The notes below the pieces were generated by a model. The model worked only from the letters and a program-made list of their open reading frames with translations, ran no database searches and was not told where the DNA came from. The translations under genes were made by a program, and so were the position numbers. From assembly GCA_951406725.2 (NCBI GenBank), contig OX597817.1, positions 113,212,001 to 113,276,000 on the forward strand: DNA of 64,000 nucleotides, in the 5' to 3' direction. The stretch is from Octopus vulgaris (Eukaryota). Within the stretch, counting starts at the first letter, position 1, and the number at the start of each line of letters is the position of its first letter. Positions 14,345-28,702 of the stretch are shown piece after piece.

Positions 14345-14520
14345 ATTTTCGGCTTTGCTCACCCGTGCTCTTTCCAGAACTTGCACCATAACACCCTCAA
14401 GAGTTTCAGACCCCACTTCTCTGATTTCTCTATTGATTTTCTCCTTCAGTTGCACCAGGGTCTCTGGTTTGTTGATGTAAACCCTCTCTTTCAAGTATCC
14501 CCACTACATCACATATGAAA
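14345..14520 (-). mobile_element. Second fragment of the same rosa transposon (3' end of transposase)
   Basis: Minus-strand WGYLKERVYINKPETLVQLKEKINREIREVGSETLEG is nearly identical to 8620-8730. Confidence 0.8.
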
Positions 14521-15067
14521 TTTTGGAATTAAGACTTACATTGTTGACCTGCGGGAAAGTGTAATCCAATATTCTGCAAGAATCCTAAGAAAAATTCTTG
14601 AGATTCAAAGAAACTTGTCACCAAACCTCAAGATAACATCCCTGCTAATTAAATTAGCCTGTAATATCTTTGGAACAAAAACAACATCAGCAATAATATT
14701 ATTGTTGTTATTATTATTATTCTTTTAACTCAGATTGTGTTGGAACTCCTGAAGTCTTGCATGCATAACAGGCTTGCTACCTGCAACCTACAGTACCATG
14801 CTATCTATTCTTTTCAACTATCTAATACTTTCCTGATGATTCTGGTAATGCCAAGGAGGCAATCCTTTTGTAACAGCTCTACTGAGCACTGTTTCCATTT
14901 CCTCTATATTCCTCCTGATACATTCTGACGCTGTCACCAAAGATCCAACAATGATTGGCACTATCTTCACCTTCTTCATTTTCTATAGTCATGTTATCTC
15001 ATATTTAAGCATATTGTATATATCTATTTTGTTGTTGTCGTTGTTGTTATCATTATTATCATTGTTA

Positions 15068-15530
15068 AGGGGGCAAGGTGGCAGAAAAGTTTGCATGTCA
15101 GGCAAAATGCTTAGTGATTTTCATCCATCTTTACATACTGAGTTCAAATTCCCTCGGGATCAACTTTGTCTTTTATCTTTTCAGGGGTCGATAAATTAAG
15201 TACAAGTGTAACACTTGGGTCACTGCAATCAACTGGTCCCCTCCCCAAAAATTTCAGGCCTTGTGCCTTTAGTAGAATGGATTATTATTATTATTGTTAT
15301 TGTGATTATTATGTAAGGCAGTTAGCTGGTAGAATCATTAGTACACCAGGTAAAATGCTTAGTGGTATTGCATTCACCTTTATGTTCTGAGTTCAATTCC
15401 CGCAGAGGCTGACTTTGCCATTCACTTTCAGGGTTGATAAAGTAAGTACCAGTCAAGCACTGGGGTTGATGTAATCGACTTACACCCTTCCCTGAAATTG
15501 CTGGCCTTGTGCCAAAATTTCAAACCATTA
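15068..15530 (+). mobile_element. Two tandem copies of SINE family B with (ATT)n tails
   Basis: gagttcaaattcc B-box and the cttt.aggggtcgataaa.taagtac central domain. Other copies at about 18110-18330, 25125-25290, 34130-34350, 43405-43570 and 50725-51140. Confidence 0.7.
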
Positions 15531-15546
15531 TTATTATTATTATTAT

Positions 15547-15596
<50 letters not shown>

Positions 15597-15599
15597 TTT

Positions 15600-16940
15600 A
15601 ATATTTGGAGAAAGACAGATTTGTGAGAAGTTTTTGACAAAAGGGAGGGAAGTGTATTGGGCTTGTATGGACCTAGAGAAGGCATATGACTGAGTGAATA
15701 GGGATGCAATGTGGCAGGTGTTGCAGTTGTATGGAGTAGATGGTGGATTGTTGAGAGCTGTTCAGAGTGCATTAGGGTGGGTGGTGAAGTAAGTGAGTGG
15801 TTTGATGTGAAGGTGGGGTTAAGACAGGGCTGTGTGATGTCTCTGTGGCTGTTTAATTTATATATGGATGGTGTGGCAAGAGAAGTAAATGCTAGAACAC
15901 TTAATAGGGGATCCCAAATGGTGGGAGAGAAATGGCAGGTGAGTCAGTTGTTGTTTGCTGATGGTACAGCACTGGTGGCAGATTTGGTAGAGTAACTGAG
16001 GAGACTGGTGATAGAGTTTGGATGAGTGTGTGAGAGGAGGAAACTGAATGTGAACATAGCTAAGAGTAAGGTGATGAGATGTTCAAGAGATAGAATGGCT
16101 GGTAAGATGGATGTGAGTATAAATGGTGAGATGTTAGAGAAGGTGAATGTTTTTATGTATATGGGATCACATGTGACGGTGGGGTTGGGCTGAGGAGGTG
16201 GGATATAGAGTGAGGGAGGGGAGTAAGATACTTGGAGTTGTGAAAGGCATGCTGAGAGATAAAAAGTTGAGTATGAAAGCGAAAAGAGGTGTGTATGAGG
16301 ATGTGATTGTGATGACAATGTTATATGGTGCAGAGATGTGAGGGCTGAGAGAGGCAGAAAGGAGGTGACTAGATGTGTCTAAGATGAGATGTCTGAGAGC
16401 TATGGTTGCTGTGACATGGATGGACAGGATGAAGAATGAAGAGGTGCGAAGACGAGCTGGAATGAGAGAAAAACTAACAACCAAATTGGATAGACAAATG
16501 TTGAGGTGGTTTGGCCACATGGAGAGGATGGATGAGGAGTGGATGGTAAGGAGGGTGATGAAGGCTGAAGTTGTAGGCAGCAGAACCAGAGGCAGACCTT
16601 GGTTTGTGTGGGTGGATGAAATGAGGAAAGCTTTGGTGGTTAGAGGTGTTGGAATGAGAGGCAAGAGTGTTTATAAATGATAGGAAAGCTTGGAGGGTGT
16701 TTGTGGACAGATGAGTGAATTTTGTTGTTGCTCAAAGGGGTACAGAACCAGCATGATGTGGCGGGGTTAAACCAGCTGCTGATATTCAGGGTTGCATTCT
16801 ATACCTTGATCCAAGCATAGAACAGGGCTCATCCCTTTGAGCTGGGAAATGAACGGAATGCTTGATGTGTGCCTTGTTATGGCTACCCTCTCCTAAAAAA
16901 AAGGGGGAATAGGCATGGGTATAAATATATTATCATTATC

Positions 16941-16985
<45 letters not shown>

Positions 16986-17021
16986 GCTACTACTACTACT
17001 TCTACTACTACTATTATTATT
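15600..17021 (+). mobile_element. 5'-truncated, decayed RTE-clade LINE (RT domain, 3' UTR and (ATT)n tail)
   Basis: Motifs MDLEKAYD, GLRQGCVMSLWLFNLYMD, LLFADGTAL, LRWFGHMERM and GRP, with stops and frameshifts. Ends in an (ATT)n/(ACT)n tail. Confidence 0.88.
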
Positions 17022-19895
17022 GATGAACTGATTGAATCATTACTGCATTGGATGAACATGTCTTGTGGTAGCTGCTCCAGTTCTTTAAATTCTGTGTCCA
17101 AATCATGCTAAGGTCAATTTCCTTTTGAGGTCAATGAAATAAAGTACTAGTCAAACACTGTAATTGATGACATTCTATAACCTCTCCATTCAAAATTGCT
17201 GGTCGTGTGGTACCTAATTAGAAACAACCATTATTATTGTCTGTGAGTTTCATTTTTTTTTTTCATATCTAAAGCACCTATTATTTGAAGGATTGTTTCA
17301 CAAGTTCCACATTTGGGTTATCTCTATTTCTAGATCTTTGTATTTTAAGATTTTTTCAGCTTGTTTTTAGAGATACATTGTCATCTGTTGGAACTGATAT
17401 GTTGATTAAGGGGTATTTTTGTTTTCTTGAAAGTTCTTGACAACAATATCTGGTTTGCCAGTCCTCAGTCAAATTGTCCAACCTATGGCAGCAGACGTTA
17501 AACGATGATGATGATGATGATGATATATATGGTGCCACATAAAATGCACCCAATCCACTCTGTAACATGGCTGGCATTAGGGAGGACATCCAACTGTAAA
17601 AATCATGCCAAAACAGACTGTGGAGTCTGGTGCAGTCCTCTAGCTTGCCAACTCCTGTCAAACCATTCAACCAGCATGAAAGATGGATGCTCAGTGGTGA
17701 TGATGATAATGCGTGTGTGTGTGTTTATGTGTTTGTGTATGTATGTAGGTATCACACATATACACACACACACATTTGTTTATGCCTGATGAGGATGATG
17801 GTGGTGCTGACAGTATTGTATTGTTTGAAGGAACTGCCTATTATTTAGTAAAGTAAGACACAACATTGATTGATAAAGTTACCATTCATTACAGTCATGT
17901 ATATTACAGTGTATATGTAATGATACTAGTCTAGCTCCTTTTACATTTACACACATACATTTACAAAGATTGGATATTATTAGATATCAATTTTTCTTTA
18001 TATTTTTGTATATTTTTGAAATGATTGGTCCTCTACTGGTACTCTACTTTAATGTAGATCAGTAATCCAATGATTTGAAGATGTGCAATGAACGACATTG
18101 AGGCCTAATATTGGTCTCAAATTTTGGCACATGGCCAGCAGTTTCGTGGGGAGTGGGTTAGTCAATTACACCAACCCCACTGATCAACTGGTACTTATTT
18201 TATCGACCCCTGAAAGTACGAAAGACAAAGTTGACCTCGGTGGAATTTGAACTCAGACCATAAAGACAGACGAAATGCTGCTAAGCATTTTGCCCACCAT
18301 GGTAGCAATTTTGTGAGCTGGCTGCCTTATTGAAGCCTAGTGATAATAGATATCATTATTACAAAATGAAAACAAAATAACAAGTGAATATAACTATGCA
18401 TGTGCATTGCTTTTAGTGGCTACACTGACTCTACCATGCTGCAATTATATACAGGCTTATATCTGTACATACATGATAATACAAACCACTTACGAGTTGT
18501 GTATTTATGTGTTTATATTTACATAGATCTACATCCATGTATAAGCATACACTACTATAATACATACACATTAATATCTACGATTGTATTTTTAGTTTTA
18601 TTTATTTCCTTGGCATCAGAAGAATCTATATTTATATTATAGTTATTGGAAATTTGAAAAAAATAGCTGAAACATCTAGCAAATTTAATCATGATAAGTT
18701 AAACTTAGAACATCAAGACGCTAATTTTAATTAGGAAAATGTCAATGATTCGATTTATGATTTTTCTTTTTGTCTTTTTTATTCTATTTTGTTGTCCTCC
18801 TTCCTCATCTTCTTCAGTTCTTTATCAGTAGCAAGTAGTTACCTGTAAAAATCTACTTACGTATATGTAAATACATAAACAGAATTAAACAAATTGATAT
18901 TCTTGGCTTGTTCATTTTCTCTTCATACATTCCAAAGCATTTTGATAATATTTAGAAATCTTGATATGTTGTATAGTAAACACTGTTGAGTCCCTAATGT
19001 GACATGTCTATATAATGTGGCATCAAACCTAATTTGTTCTAGTTTCACTCGTCACATTTCTGAACATCACTGCATCTCTTTTTCTCTCTTCTCTGTAAAC
19101 AGGAAGATTTCTGACTACCTAAGAAATCACTATTTGTAAATTGTAGTCTTACATTTATCAACAACAAAGGGAGATTTTCCTCTCTTTTTTTCTGTTATAT
19201 ATATATATTTCTTTTCAATTTCAACAAATTGAAGAAATTAAATGTCCTTTTATGAAATAAAAGTGAATGTTGAGTACAAAGATGAAATATGAAAAATTAA
19301 GTCAGGTATAGCTCTAATGATCCCACCTGTCTATACAGCCAACCAACAAGAGAGCATTTACATGGTAGCTCATCTGGCTGGAAATAGCAGCCAAATTTCC
19401 CTTAGTTCACACTACCCAATTTTAAATAAGGAAATAGCAGTCCTATATTACCTAAAAAGACAGGATATGGTCATAGTTAGTATGACATTCACCATAGGTC
19501 TGTCCAATGAGAGTTGGCTCAAGGCTAAACAACAATAACCAACAATGGATTGGTCAATGAATGTATCTTTTGATACATTGCAACATTCGTTGCAATGGAA
19601 TCACATGACTACTACTGTAGGATCCTTAACACCTCCTTTTATTCTATATAACAGAATTAGATACAGTCAGTGTCAGATTTGTTAAATAAGCAATAATTTC
19701 TTTAAATTTTCGTTCGGTTTAATCCTTATTCAAGCTTTCAATCTTAAAAAAAATACATTAACTTAATGTAGAAAATCTCCTCTCTCTTTCTCTTTCTCCC
19801 TCTCCCTCCCTCTCTCTCTCTCTCTCCAAATATTCTATTGCCATGTAATTACATCTCTCCCTCTACAAATAAATAATATATATAAACACACACAA

Positions 19896-19926
<31 letters not shown>

Positions 19927-20735
19927 CACATATGTGTATATTATTATTTATTCTCATCTAATTACATTCCTCCCCCTCTCTTTGTACAGGTATTTGTGTG
20001 TATATTCAAGCAAATGCTGAGTGTATACACACACACACACATCTGTAAACATACACACATTGATGATATATGGTGACACAATCTTTCTTATATTACATAC
20101 ACATGCAGGTGTCTTTCTCTTTTGCAAATATTTGGATGAAATATTTATCTCGATATTTCTCTAAAGATTCACTCTCTGCCACCAGTCAGCTGTCTCTCTC
20201 TCCTTCAACCACTTTCACTATATTTTCATCCTATTCAGCAGGCATCATCCTCCATACTGCTAGCTTCTTCATCTATCGCATCCAACAACTAGTCCTATGT
20301 AAACATTGTCAAGATCAAAGACAATTTTATTATTGCATCTATTGTCTCAATTTAAGAAACAAAAATAATAAATTTTACATGGGAATCAGTTTCTACTAAT
20401 TACTATTGACATTTGTTTTACAAACAAGCAAGTATTATTTATCTGTTGTTGTTCAGTCCCTATTTTATAACTGGTATAGTAAACCTTTAACCAAAGATGT
20501 TTACACCCTGATCATCACATTTTTTGTGGGAGATTTATTTTAGGAATATGTAGGACTATGCAGCCATTGTATTCTTTCTTTTTAAAATATAGCAGTATGA
20601 TTTAAGTGCTATTTTTAACAGTGGTGGTGCAGCTGTATTGAGATTTCCTTATTTGCTCTACATGCATTACTTACCTTTGTGTGTGTGTGTGTGTGTGTGT
20701 AAGGTTGTGTGTTTAATTACGTATTTGTTTGATAG

Positions 20736-20767
<32 letters not shown>

Positions 20768-20801
20768 GATAGATAGATAGATAGATAGGTAGATAGATAG
20801 G

Positions 20802-20835
<34 letters not shown>

Positions 20836-21640
20836 CATGACTGTGTTTGTGTTTGAATATACATTTAACTGTGTTCAATTGTATGTGTGTTTAATTCATT
20901 AATTGGTTGGTGGTCGTTTCTTCTTCATCTTCATCTTTTCTTCTTTTATTTCTTTTCTTCATTTCTTCCTTCATATCACTTCATAATCAGCTGGATTCTA
21001 TACATAGCTCACAACTACTAATTGAATAGAAGGGAAAAAAAAAAAGAAGCAAAAAAGAAAAAAAAATCAGTGAATTTCCTCACTTAGAATGAAGCAAGAA
21101 AAAGTAACTGTTGCATTTTACTGCTGCTACTGTCACTGCTGACGATGGTAATCGTGATGAGGATGATGATTATTACGATGACAGAGGTGGTAGTGGAGGT
21201 GATCATGATGCTGGTGGTGATGAATTTTATTCTGCCAGTCGCTATCAGCCAACAGATGGCATGGACAAGGCTACGTTATAGTGATGGCATCTTGAAGACA
21301 CTAAACATTGGTTCACTTAAGACAGAGTTGGGGGTGGCATGTGCGTACGTGCGTGTGTGCACGTTTGTATATCTGCATATGTATGTGCATGTGTAATACA
21401 TACATACATACACACACATGTATTTATGTATATATATGTTTATATATGATTGTTTCATCTTGACAGATATATATATATATATACATGTATATATATATTA
21501 TATATATATATATAAGTGCAAACAAGAGAGACAGAGAAAGGCAGAAACAAGGAAAATGGCACTTTTATTTGAACACTATACAAATATTCCTTTAAAAAAA
21601 CTTTTCTTTTAATTTTTCTAAATTTAATAATTTAATCGTT

Positions 21641-21680
21641 ACAGCTGAAAAGGTCTCAAAATGACCGAAACCGGTACTGA
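21641..21680 (+). ncRNA. Minimal hammerhead motif (G8A-mutated) between (TA)n tracts
   Basis: CAG CTGAAAA GGTC tcaaaat GACC GAAA CCGGT A CTG. Confidence 0.6.
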
Positions 21681-21727
21681 AATGTTCTTTATAAAATTAT
21701 TTTAGCATTTTCTATCTTGACTTGTTT

Positions 21728-21796
<69 letters not shown>

Positions 21797-21844
21797 TATA
21801 TTTGTATACATATTTATGTATATGTTTATATATATAACAACAGC

Positions 21845-22712
21845 GTGATGCCTCATTTGCCTTTATTGACCTAACTAAGGCTTTTGATTAGCATCCCACT
21901 ACTATGGAATGTCCTGCAGAGGTATGGATGCCCTCCTAAGCTTCTTGCCATGCTATGCCAATTCCATGACGACATGCAGGCACATGTGACATTGAGTGGT
22001 GATCAGTCTGACTAGTTCAATGTCTAAGTCGATGTTAAACAAGGCTGTGTCATGGCTCCTGTCCTCTTCAATGTATTCCTTGTAGCTTTGACCTTACTAT
22101 CTCACTACGACCTCAACCCCTAATTTGATATCACCATGATGGCAGTCTCTTCAACATGAGGAGACTAAAATCACTAGCAAAAACTCAGTCCACCACTCTC
22201 TTCAAATTACAGTATGCCGATGACTGCGAAGCTCTCACTCATGAACCAGCAGAACCTAGATGTTGTGTGCAATGCCTATCATTGGGCTGGACTCCAGATC
22301 AACACCAAGAAAACAGAGGTCCTTCAATGCTCCAAAAATGGTTCACCCCCTGCAACTCTTTCGATTCAAGACAACCAGCTAAAGAACACCGAGAAATTCA
22401 CCGATTTGGGTAGCATCATCTCAAGCAATGGGGTCATTGACCATGAAATTCTAAATAGCATCCACCTTACCTCCTTTGGTTTTGGACGTCTCAAGGATAG
22501 GGCCTTCCTTAATTGTGATCTCAATCTCTCCATGAAAATCGAAGTTTATCATGCTGTTGTGGTTTCCATGCTTCTGTATGCCTCAGAAACCAGGGCACTT
22601 TATTGTCATCATGTCAAACTCCTCGAATCCTTTCATATCTGCTGTCTCCAGCGCATTCTTCATCTGACCAGGAAGGATAAAATCCCACATACGGAGATCC
22701 TGAGACAAGATG
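21845..22712 (+). mobile_element. Decayed RTE/BovB-like LINE reverse transcriptase fragment
   Basis: Motifs [52 protein letters not shown] and LLYASET, with frameshifts. Confidence 0.88.
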
Positions 22713-23442
22713 TTAAAAATTTATGAAAACAAATTATCAAGAAAAATAATACAAGGAAACTTACTAACAAGATTACCAAAGGGCAGTACCTATGCTAAAC
22801 GAGTAAGCTCAAGTTAAAATGTATACAAAACATTACCCTAGGGTGTTTAAGAAAGTGGACTCCCGGAAATATTACTGGAAACCACACCTATAGTCCTCAA
22901 TGGGGCAAGTCTAAACCCAGCGGTCTCTACAATTGGTTGATTATAATTTGAACTGAGGTCAGAAGTTAAAACCATTACAATGGGTATGTCAATAAAAATA
23001 AAGAAGAAAAAATAAAGGGTCCAGGGGAGAATACAATGATATAAGTGGTGCAGGGCCGCTTATGCCCTTCTGCAGCTTAATGATATAACACACATGAGAG
23101 AACAGCAGATTATTAGGTTTTAATATATTGGGCTTCTTTTCTAGGCCATGTTTTCTTTCCTATTCCTTTTTCTCTTTGTTCATATTGGATGCACTTGTTT
23201 TTTACTCTGATGAAGTTCCATGCCTTAATTCGAATGTCCTGTGATGATGAAGAATTTTATTTTCGCAATTATGTATAGACAGTGTTTGGCAATGGATGCA
23301 GAAACAAGTGTAAGATTTGTTATGTCATCTGTATGTTATGTCATGTTTTGTATTAAAAAATAGGCTATAAATGTGGTCCAATTGATGTATTTGTTGATCT
23401 GTGGTTTTCTCCATTTTCTGATTATTGATATATATATATATA

Positions 23443-23778
23443 GATGTACTTGCATAGCAAGTGACCTGATCTGAGATTGTGTGCTGGAATGAAAACAGTT
23501 GCAGCATGGAAGGTGTTTATAAGCCATTTAAGAAACACACAAAATCCGTTAGATTCACTTCAACATTTAAATTTAATTTGTCAAAATATTTTCGTCGCTT
23601 TGAGACCATGACTTGTTCACTGACAAAAATCCGAGATGCAACACGGATTTTTGTCTGTGAACAGGTCGCAGTCTCAAAGCCACGAAAATATTTTGACAAA
23701 TTAAATTTAAATGTTGAAGTGAATCTAACGGATTTTGTGTTTCTTAAATGGCTTATAAACACCTTCCACACTGCAATT
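23443..23778. repeat. Palindromic element in (TA)n carrying two G3:C8-variant hammerhead-like motifs
   Basis: 23499-23632 is the inverted copy of 23643-23778. Flanked by (TA)n on both sides. Same family as 44686-44890 and 60285-60596. Confidence 0.85.
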
Positions 23779-24075
23779 ATATATATATATATATGTAGTT
23801 TATGAGAGGTAATGGTATCATTGAGACCCAAAGGTGTCAGGTAATGCTGAGTAAGTGCTCTAGATAGACCATAGTTAAGTTCCAGGTTCGGTGATTATAT
23901 GAATAAGGGTTCAACGTTGGTCATATGTCAGCGTGTGTATATAAAAAATTTATTTTCGTATAAATGTTCTAAAATCTATACAGCCTTGGTTTCTTATCTC
24001 ATTATGAAAAAAACATTTTTATATATATATATGTGTATATATATATGTGTGTGTATATATATATATATATGTATG

Positions 24076-24122
<47 letters not shown>

Positions 24123-24463
24123 ATTTGACATGCGCAATTCTTCCTTTCTTGGGATTCAGGGTCAAATGGCTGGGTGGAATTGCACGATAAATTACACAAA
24201 TGTGTAGAATGATCTGGTGGTGATGCTGGGCTTTGTATTTTTTTCATAGCTTCCATGGTTACTGAGATAATCTACTATAATAATACTCTTGTGTTTATGA
24301 ATGTGAAAGGAAGGGGTGATAGATTAATAATGAAGGGGTGATGCCATACTTGGTAGTGGGATGAGGCTATAGTAGAAGACACTTGACCAAGGTGCCATGC
24401 AGTGGGACTGAACCTGGAACTATGTGGTTGGTAAGCAAGCTACTTACCACACAGCCACTCCTG

Positions 24464-24518
<55 letters not shown>

Positions 24519-25691
24519 AAGAGAGAAGTGAGAAATAGACGTTTTCATGTGCACATGTATTTATAATGACATTAATATTATTAATTAGGTCTTAGGTTTT
24601 TATTTATTTTTGAAATAAGAATATATATCATGTTTACTGAGAAATTTAATACAAATAATCAGGGTCAATATTAGCTGGTTTCTGGGGGACAAAGTGTATT
24701 ATTCCTCACTGTATTCAACTACTTGAGTCCCATTAAGCAGAAATATAGTTTAAAGTGGGTGCACTTGAAGACAACAGGCTTATTATTCATTATTGCATTG
24801 ATTGAAACCTCTTTTTGTCACCTATACCACTAACATCACCACTACTACTACTACTACTATGACTGTTGCTATTGCTTCCACTGATGCTATGACTAGAGCT
24901 TCTACTGTAGCCACCAATACTAGTACCGTTACTGTGGTCAATACTACCGTTGCCACTATTATTAAAGCTGTCACCACTATTTCCAACACAATTACTGTTA
25001 CCATCACTATTACCACAACTAATACTAGTACATATACCTTTGTAGATCAACACTTGCTTCTAAAAAGCCACATAAATATATATTTCAAACAGGAGATATA
25101 TTTATAATAATGATAATAATAATTTTAAATTTTGGCTCAAGGCCAGCAGTTTTGGGGCCAGCAGTCAATTATATTGATGCCAGTGCTCAACTCGTACTTA
25201 TTTTATCGAACCTGAAAGGATGAAGGGCAAGGCCAATACCAGCAGTATTGGAACTCAGAACATAAAATCAAAAGAAATATTGCTAAATATTTTCATACTA
25301 CTACTCTTTTTTCCAACAAACAGGGATAGAAAATTATTCACTCCATAGTTACTCTGTGTTTCATGCTTTTGTAAGTTCATTCAGATGTTGGTTCATTCAA
25401 CCTTTTTACTTGAACGAATGCATAGAAGCGAGTTGAAGTGGCAGTGCTGTGAACCATAGGCTTCGGCAAATGTGTATGGGGGGGAGGGGTGGATAAAGGT
25501 AAAATAAAAGATGGACAGGTAGTTGTCTGTGACATCCAAGCATTTATAAATAAGTTGCACAAATTATGCTTATAAACATAATTAAGCTGGAAGCAGAGCA
25601 TAAAGACAGTCCTTGGTAGTCCTTCATTGGTATGTGAACATCTAGAGAGTTCATAAACAAAAATACAATACAAAAGAAAATTCATGTTAGT

Positions 25692-25837
25692 CCTTTACAG
25701 CTGTTTCAGAGATTTGGTGACAAATAGATGCAGTAATGTACATTATGGGTACATAGATGTGTACTAAGTTAGTGTTAACAAATATATATGTCAATTTAGG
25801 GTATACTTGTATTGCTCCCCATCCTCTTATCAGAAGG
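25692..25837 (-). ncRNA. Degenerate type I hammerhead with long stem-II insertion
   Basis: Reverse complement reads CCTT CTGATAA GAG...(~110 nt)...CTCT GAAAC AGCT GTA AAGG. Stem I CCTT/AAGG, palindromic ACAGCTGT, G8A change. Confidence 0.55.
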
Positions 25838-26399
25838 GATAAATCTCATATATAAATATTCCCCCTATATTCCCCTCTCTCTTTTTCTTTATTTGTACCT
25901 ATATTCTTTTCCTTAACAAATTTTAACATTTACCCATTCTTACATATTATTTCTTCACAAATATGGTTTCCCTTTCGTTCTCTTACTGTGCTTTCCACAC
26001 ATTTTCAATCAAATCTCATACGAGTTAACATGGGATCCCTTGATGAAAATATAACCTTCATTTGACTGAGGTATCTACTGAAGAGTAGCTAGTGAATTAC
26101 CCTTCATTTGGGTAATTACCACTTCTGAAGTTCTGCTAACTATGAAACATATGTGCCCTGGATTTTATCTACTCCATACCCTAAAACTTGGATTTCTATT
26201 TGCATACACAGAAACCCCAGCTGCTAACCATGAACTATAAAATAACTTTTTTTTCAGCTTATCAAACTTCAATATGGGAAAAATTTACAACCTTCTATGT
26301 CAATAAACCACTATTGTTTCTGAAAGTTGTTTTTTATACCTTCTATAGATTGCTCAAAGTTTACTAACTCCATACAACTTGATCCTTAGATCTTACCTT

Positions 26400-26497
<98 letters not shown>

Positions 26498-28317
26498 ATG
26501 TATATATGTGTATATATATAAAATATAAATTAGAGACAAAACCACTGTTATGCAACTCGATAATATATATATATATATATATATATATAAAGGGAGAGAG
26601 AAATTCATTCTTATTAAGACCAGGAAACTTCAATCAATTATGCTTGTATGATGATGATCATGATCACATTAGTGTGTTCATAGCTGATATGCAACTATGG
26701 CATATATGGTGTGTGATGGAACATAATGAAAAAAGATAAAAAGAGCATGTAGGTGTTGTTGTTATTGGTCTTTTTTAATATAGATTATCTTTAATTGAGC
26801 AAACCTACAACCGAAAGTATTTTGGCTCTGACAATCTTCATATCCTTACTTTGCACATCATTTTGACCATCCATATGTATGATGACCATGACATCACTCC
26901 TGTGTTCAAAAGAGTATCTGAGAGTGACTGATGAGTTCAAGCAGCATTAAGTACCCTATTACAGATTAGACATAGTACAGTCAAAGAAATGTATATTTTC
27001 ATAGATCCTGCAATTTTGGATAGTATCTATGTAAATACTCATTTCTTTGACACTACCTTTCTTTGGCCTTTGCAGCCAAAATATAAAGGTTTTTTTTTTT
27101 AACTTTCTGCATTGTTAGAAGCTTTCTTTATTTCTCATTTCATTAATTATTCTATTTCTGTACTACAATGCTTCAAGTGAATTATAACATTCTTCTTTAC
27201 ACATAGTGTGTCTAGAACTACATTATCCAATCCCATGTGTCTTTTTTTTTATTTTAGCTAGTTGGATACATGTGGGAGATTTGGATCCTTCTTCTAGTAG
27301 GTGACAAACAGAGGCAACACTGCTGACAATGTCTATAAGTTAAATGTAAGTGCAGTTTGAGAAGTAAACACTAATGTTTTGAGGAGTCTTTCCTGTTTCC
27401 ATCAAGGAGACCCTTCATTAAGAAGCATTAGTCTCCATTTCATCTCACAACACATCAACATACTGCTGTTTCATTTTTATTTCCTCTCTAAATTTTACTG
27501 ATGTAGACCTGTCTTCCCATTCTAGTATTTGTCTTATGAAATGGCCTTATTAACTTCAGAAAATATATTATTCAACTGATTTCAGTTCAGTGATATGAGC
27601 AGTTAAAATTAAAACAAAACATATTTTCTTTACTTTAAAGACAAAAAAATATCTAGCCTTATTGACAGGTGTCTGTGTTTTCTGCAAACCGGTTACTAAA
27701 CTGGTCACACAAGAGTAGGAACCATGAGGCAGTCTGACTTGTAAGGAATTGCACATTCCACTCATTAATGTAAAGTTGCTCCATGTATATATCTATTCAT
27801 CACACATGAGTGAAAAGTTAGAATAATTTTGTTTGCATTCACTGAAAAGAAAAACCATTAAAGACAATGGAGCAGGGGCTTGAGGTGAAAAGCCTGTTTA
27901 GGCACAGTCGATATCTGTTCTTCTGTAGCATACCAAGGTTGATGCCTCACACTTTTTCTTTTTCCTTCAATTGACTTTTGTCACTTCAAACATTACTAGT
28001 GACTTCAAAATTCTTATAATTTTTATTGGATTGAAAGTCAAGTTGATATTCTTTTCTCCAGAAAGTAGAAGAGAGATCAAGAAAAGAACACCAACCCATC
28101 TGAGGAATGTACTTTTCTCCACAGATTATTGGTATTTTATCTACAGCTTTTTATGGAACAAAAGAAATTAACAAAATAAGTACTGGGTTTTCTAAAAAAA
28201 TTAGTGTTGGGGTCAGTTTTTTCAACTGAACCCTTCAAGGCAGTACCCCAGCACAGCCACTGTTCAATGTTTGAAACAAGTAAAAGATTATATATATATA
28301 TATATATATATATATAG

Positions 28318-28702
28318 GCACAGGAGTGGGTATGTAGTAAGAAGCTTGCTTCCCAACCACATGGTTCTGGGTTCAGTCCCATTGCGTAGCACCTTGGGCA
28401 AGTGTCTTCTACTATAGCCTCTGGCCAACCAAAACATTGCGAGTAGATTCCGTAGATGGAAACTGAAAGAAGCCCATCGTGTATATGTGTGTGTGTGTAT
28501 GTGTCTTTGTTCTGTGTTTGTCCCCTCATCACCGCTTGACAATTGGCGTTGGTGTGTTTACATCCCTGTAACTTAGCAGTTCAGCTAAAGAGACCGATAG
28601 AATAAGTACCAGATTTAAAAAATAAGTACTGAGGTTGATTCATTCAACTAAAAATTAAAGGTCACACCCCAGCATGGCCACAGTCTAATGACTGAAACAA
28701 GT
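28318..28702 (+). mobile_element. tRNA-derived SINE (family A)
   Basis: A/B-box-like head (gtagtaagaagc...gggttcagtccc), ccttgggcaagt core, internal (TG)n and 3' gactgaaacaagta. Multiple copies in the window. Confidence 0.75.

Noticed and set aside
23479-23831. Two antiparallel ~105-aa ORFs with near-identical sequence (also 60294-60661)
   Set aside because: An artefact of the palindrome. The elements appear non-coding.
24790-25107. Thr-rich mucin-like ORF (similar tract at 43570-43940)
   Set aside because: A degenerate (ACT/ACC)n trinucleotide repeat without clear splice sites.
28318-28390. tRNA gene
   Set aside because: A tRNA-derived SINE head with no intact cloverleaf, continuing into the repeat body.
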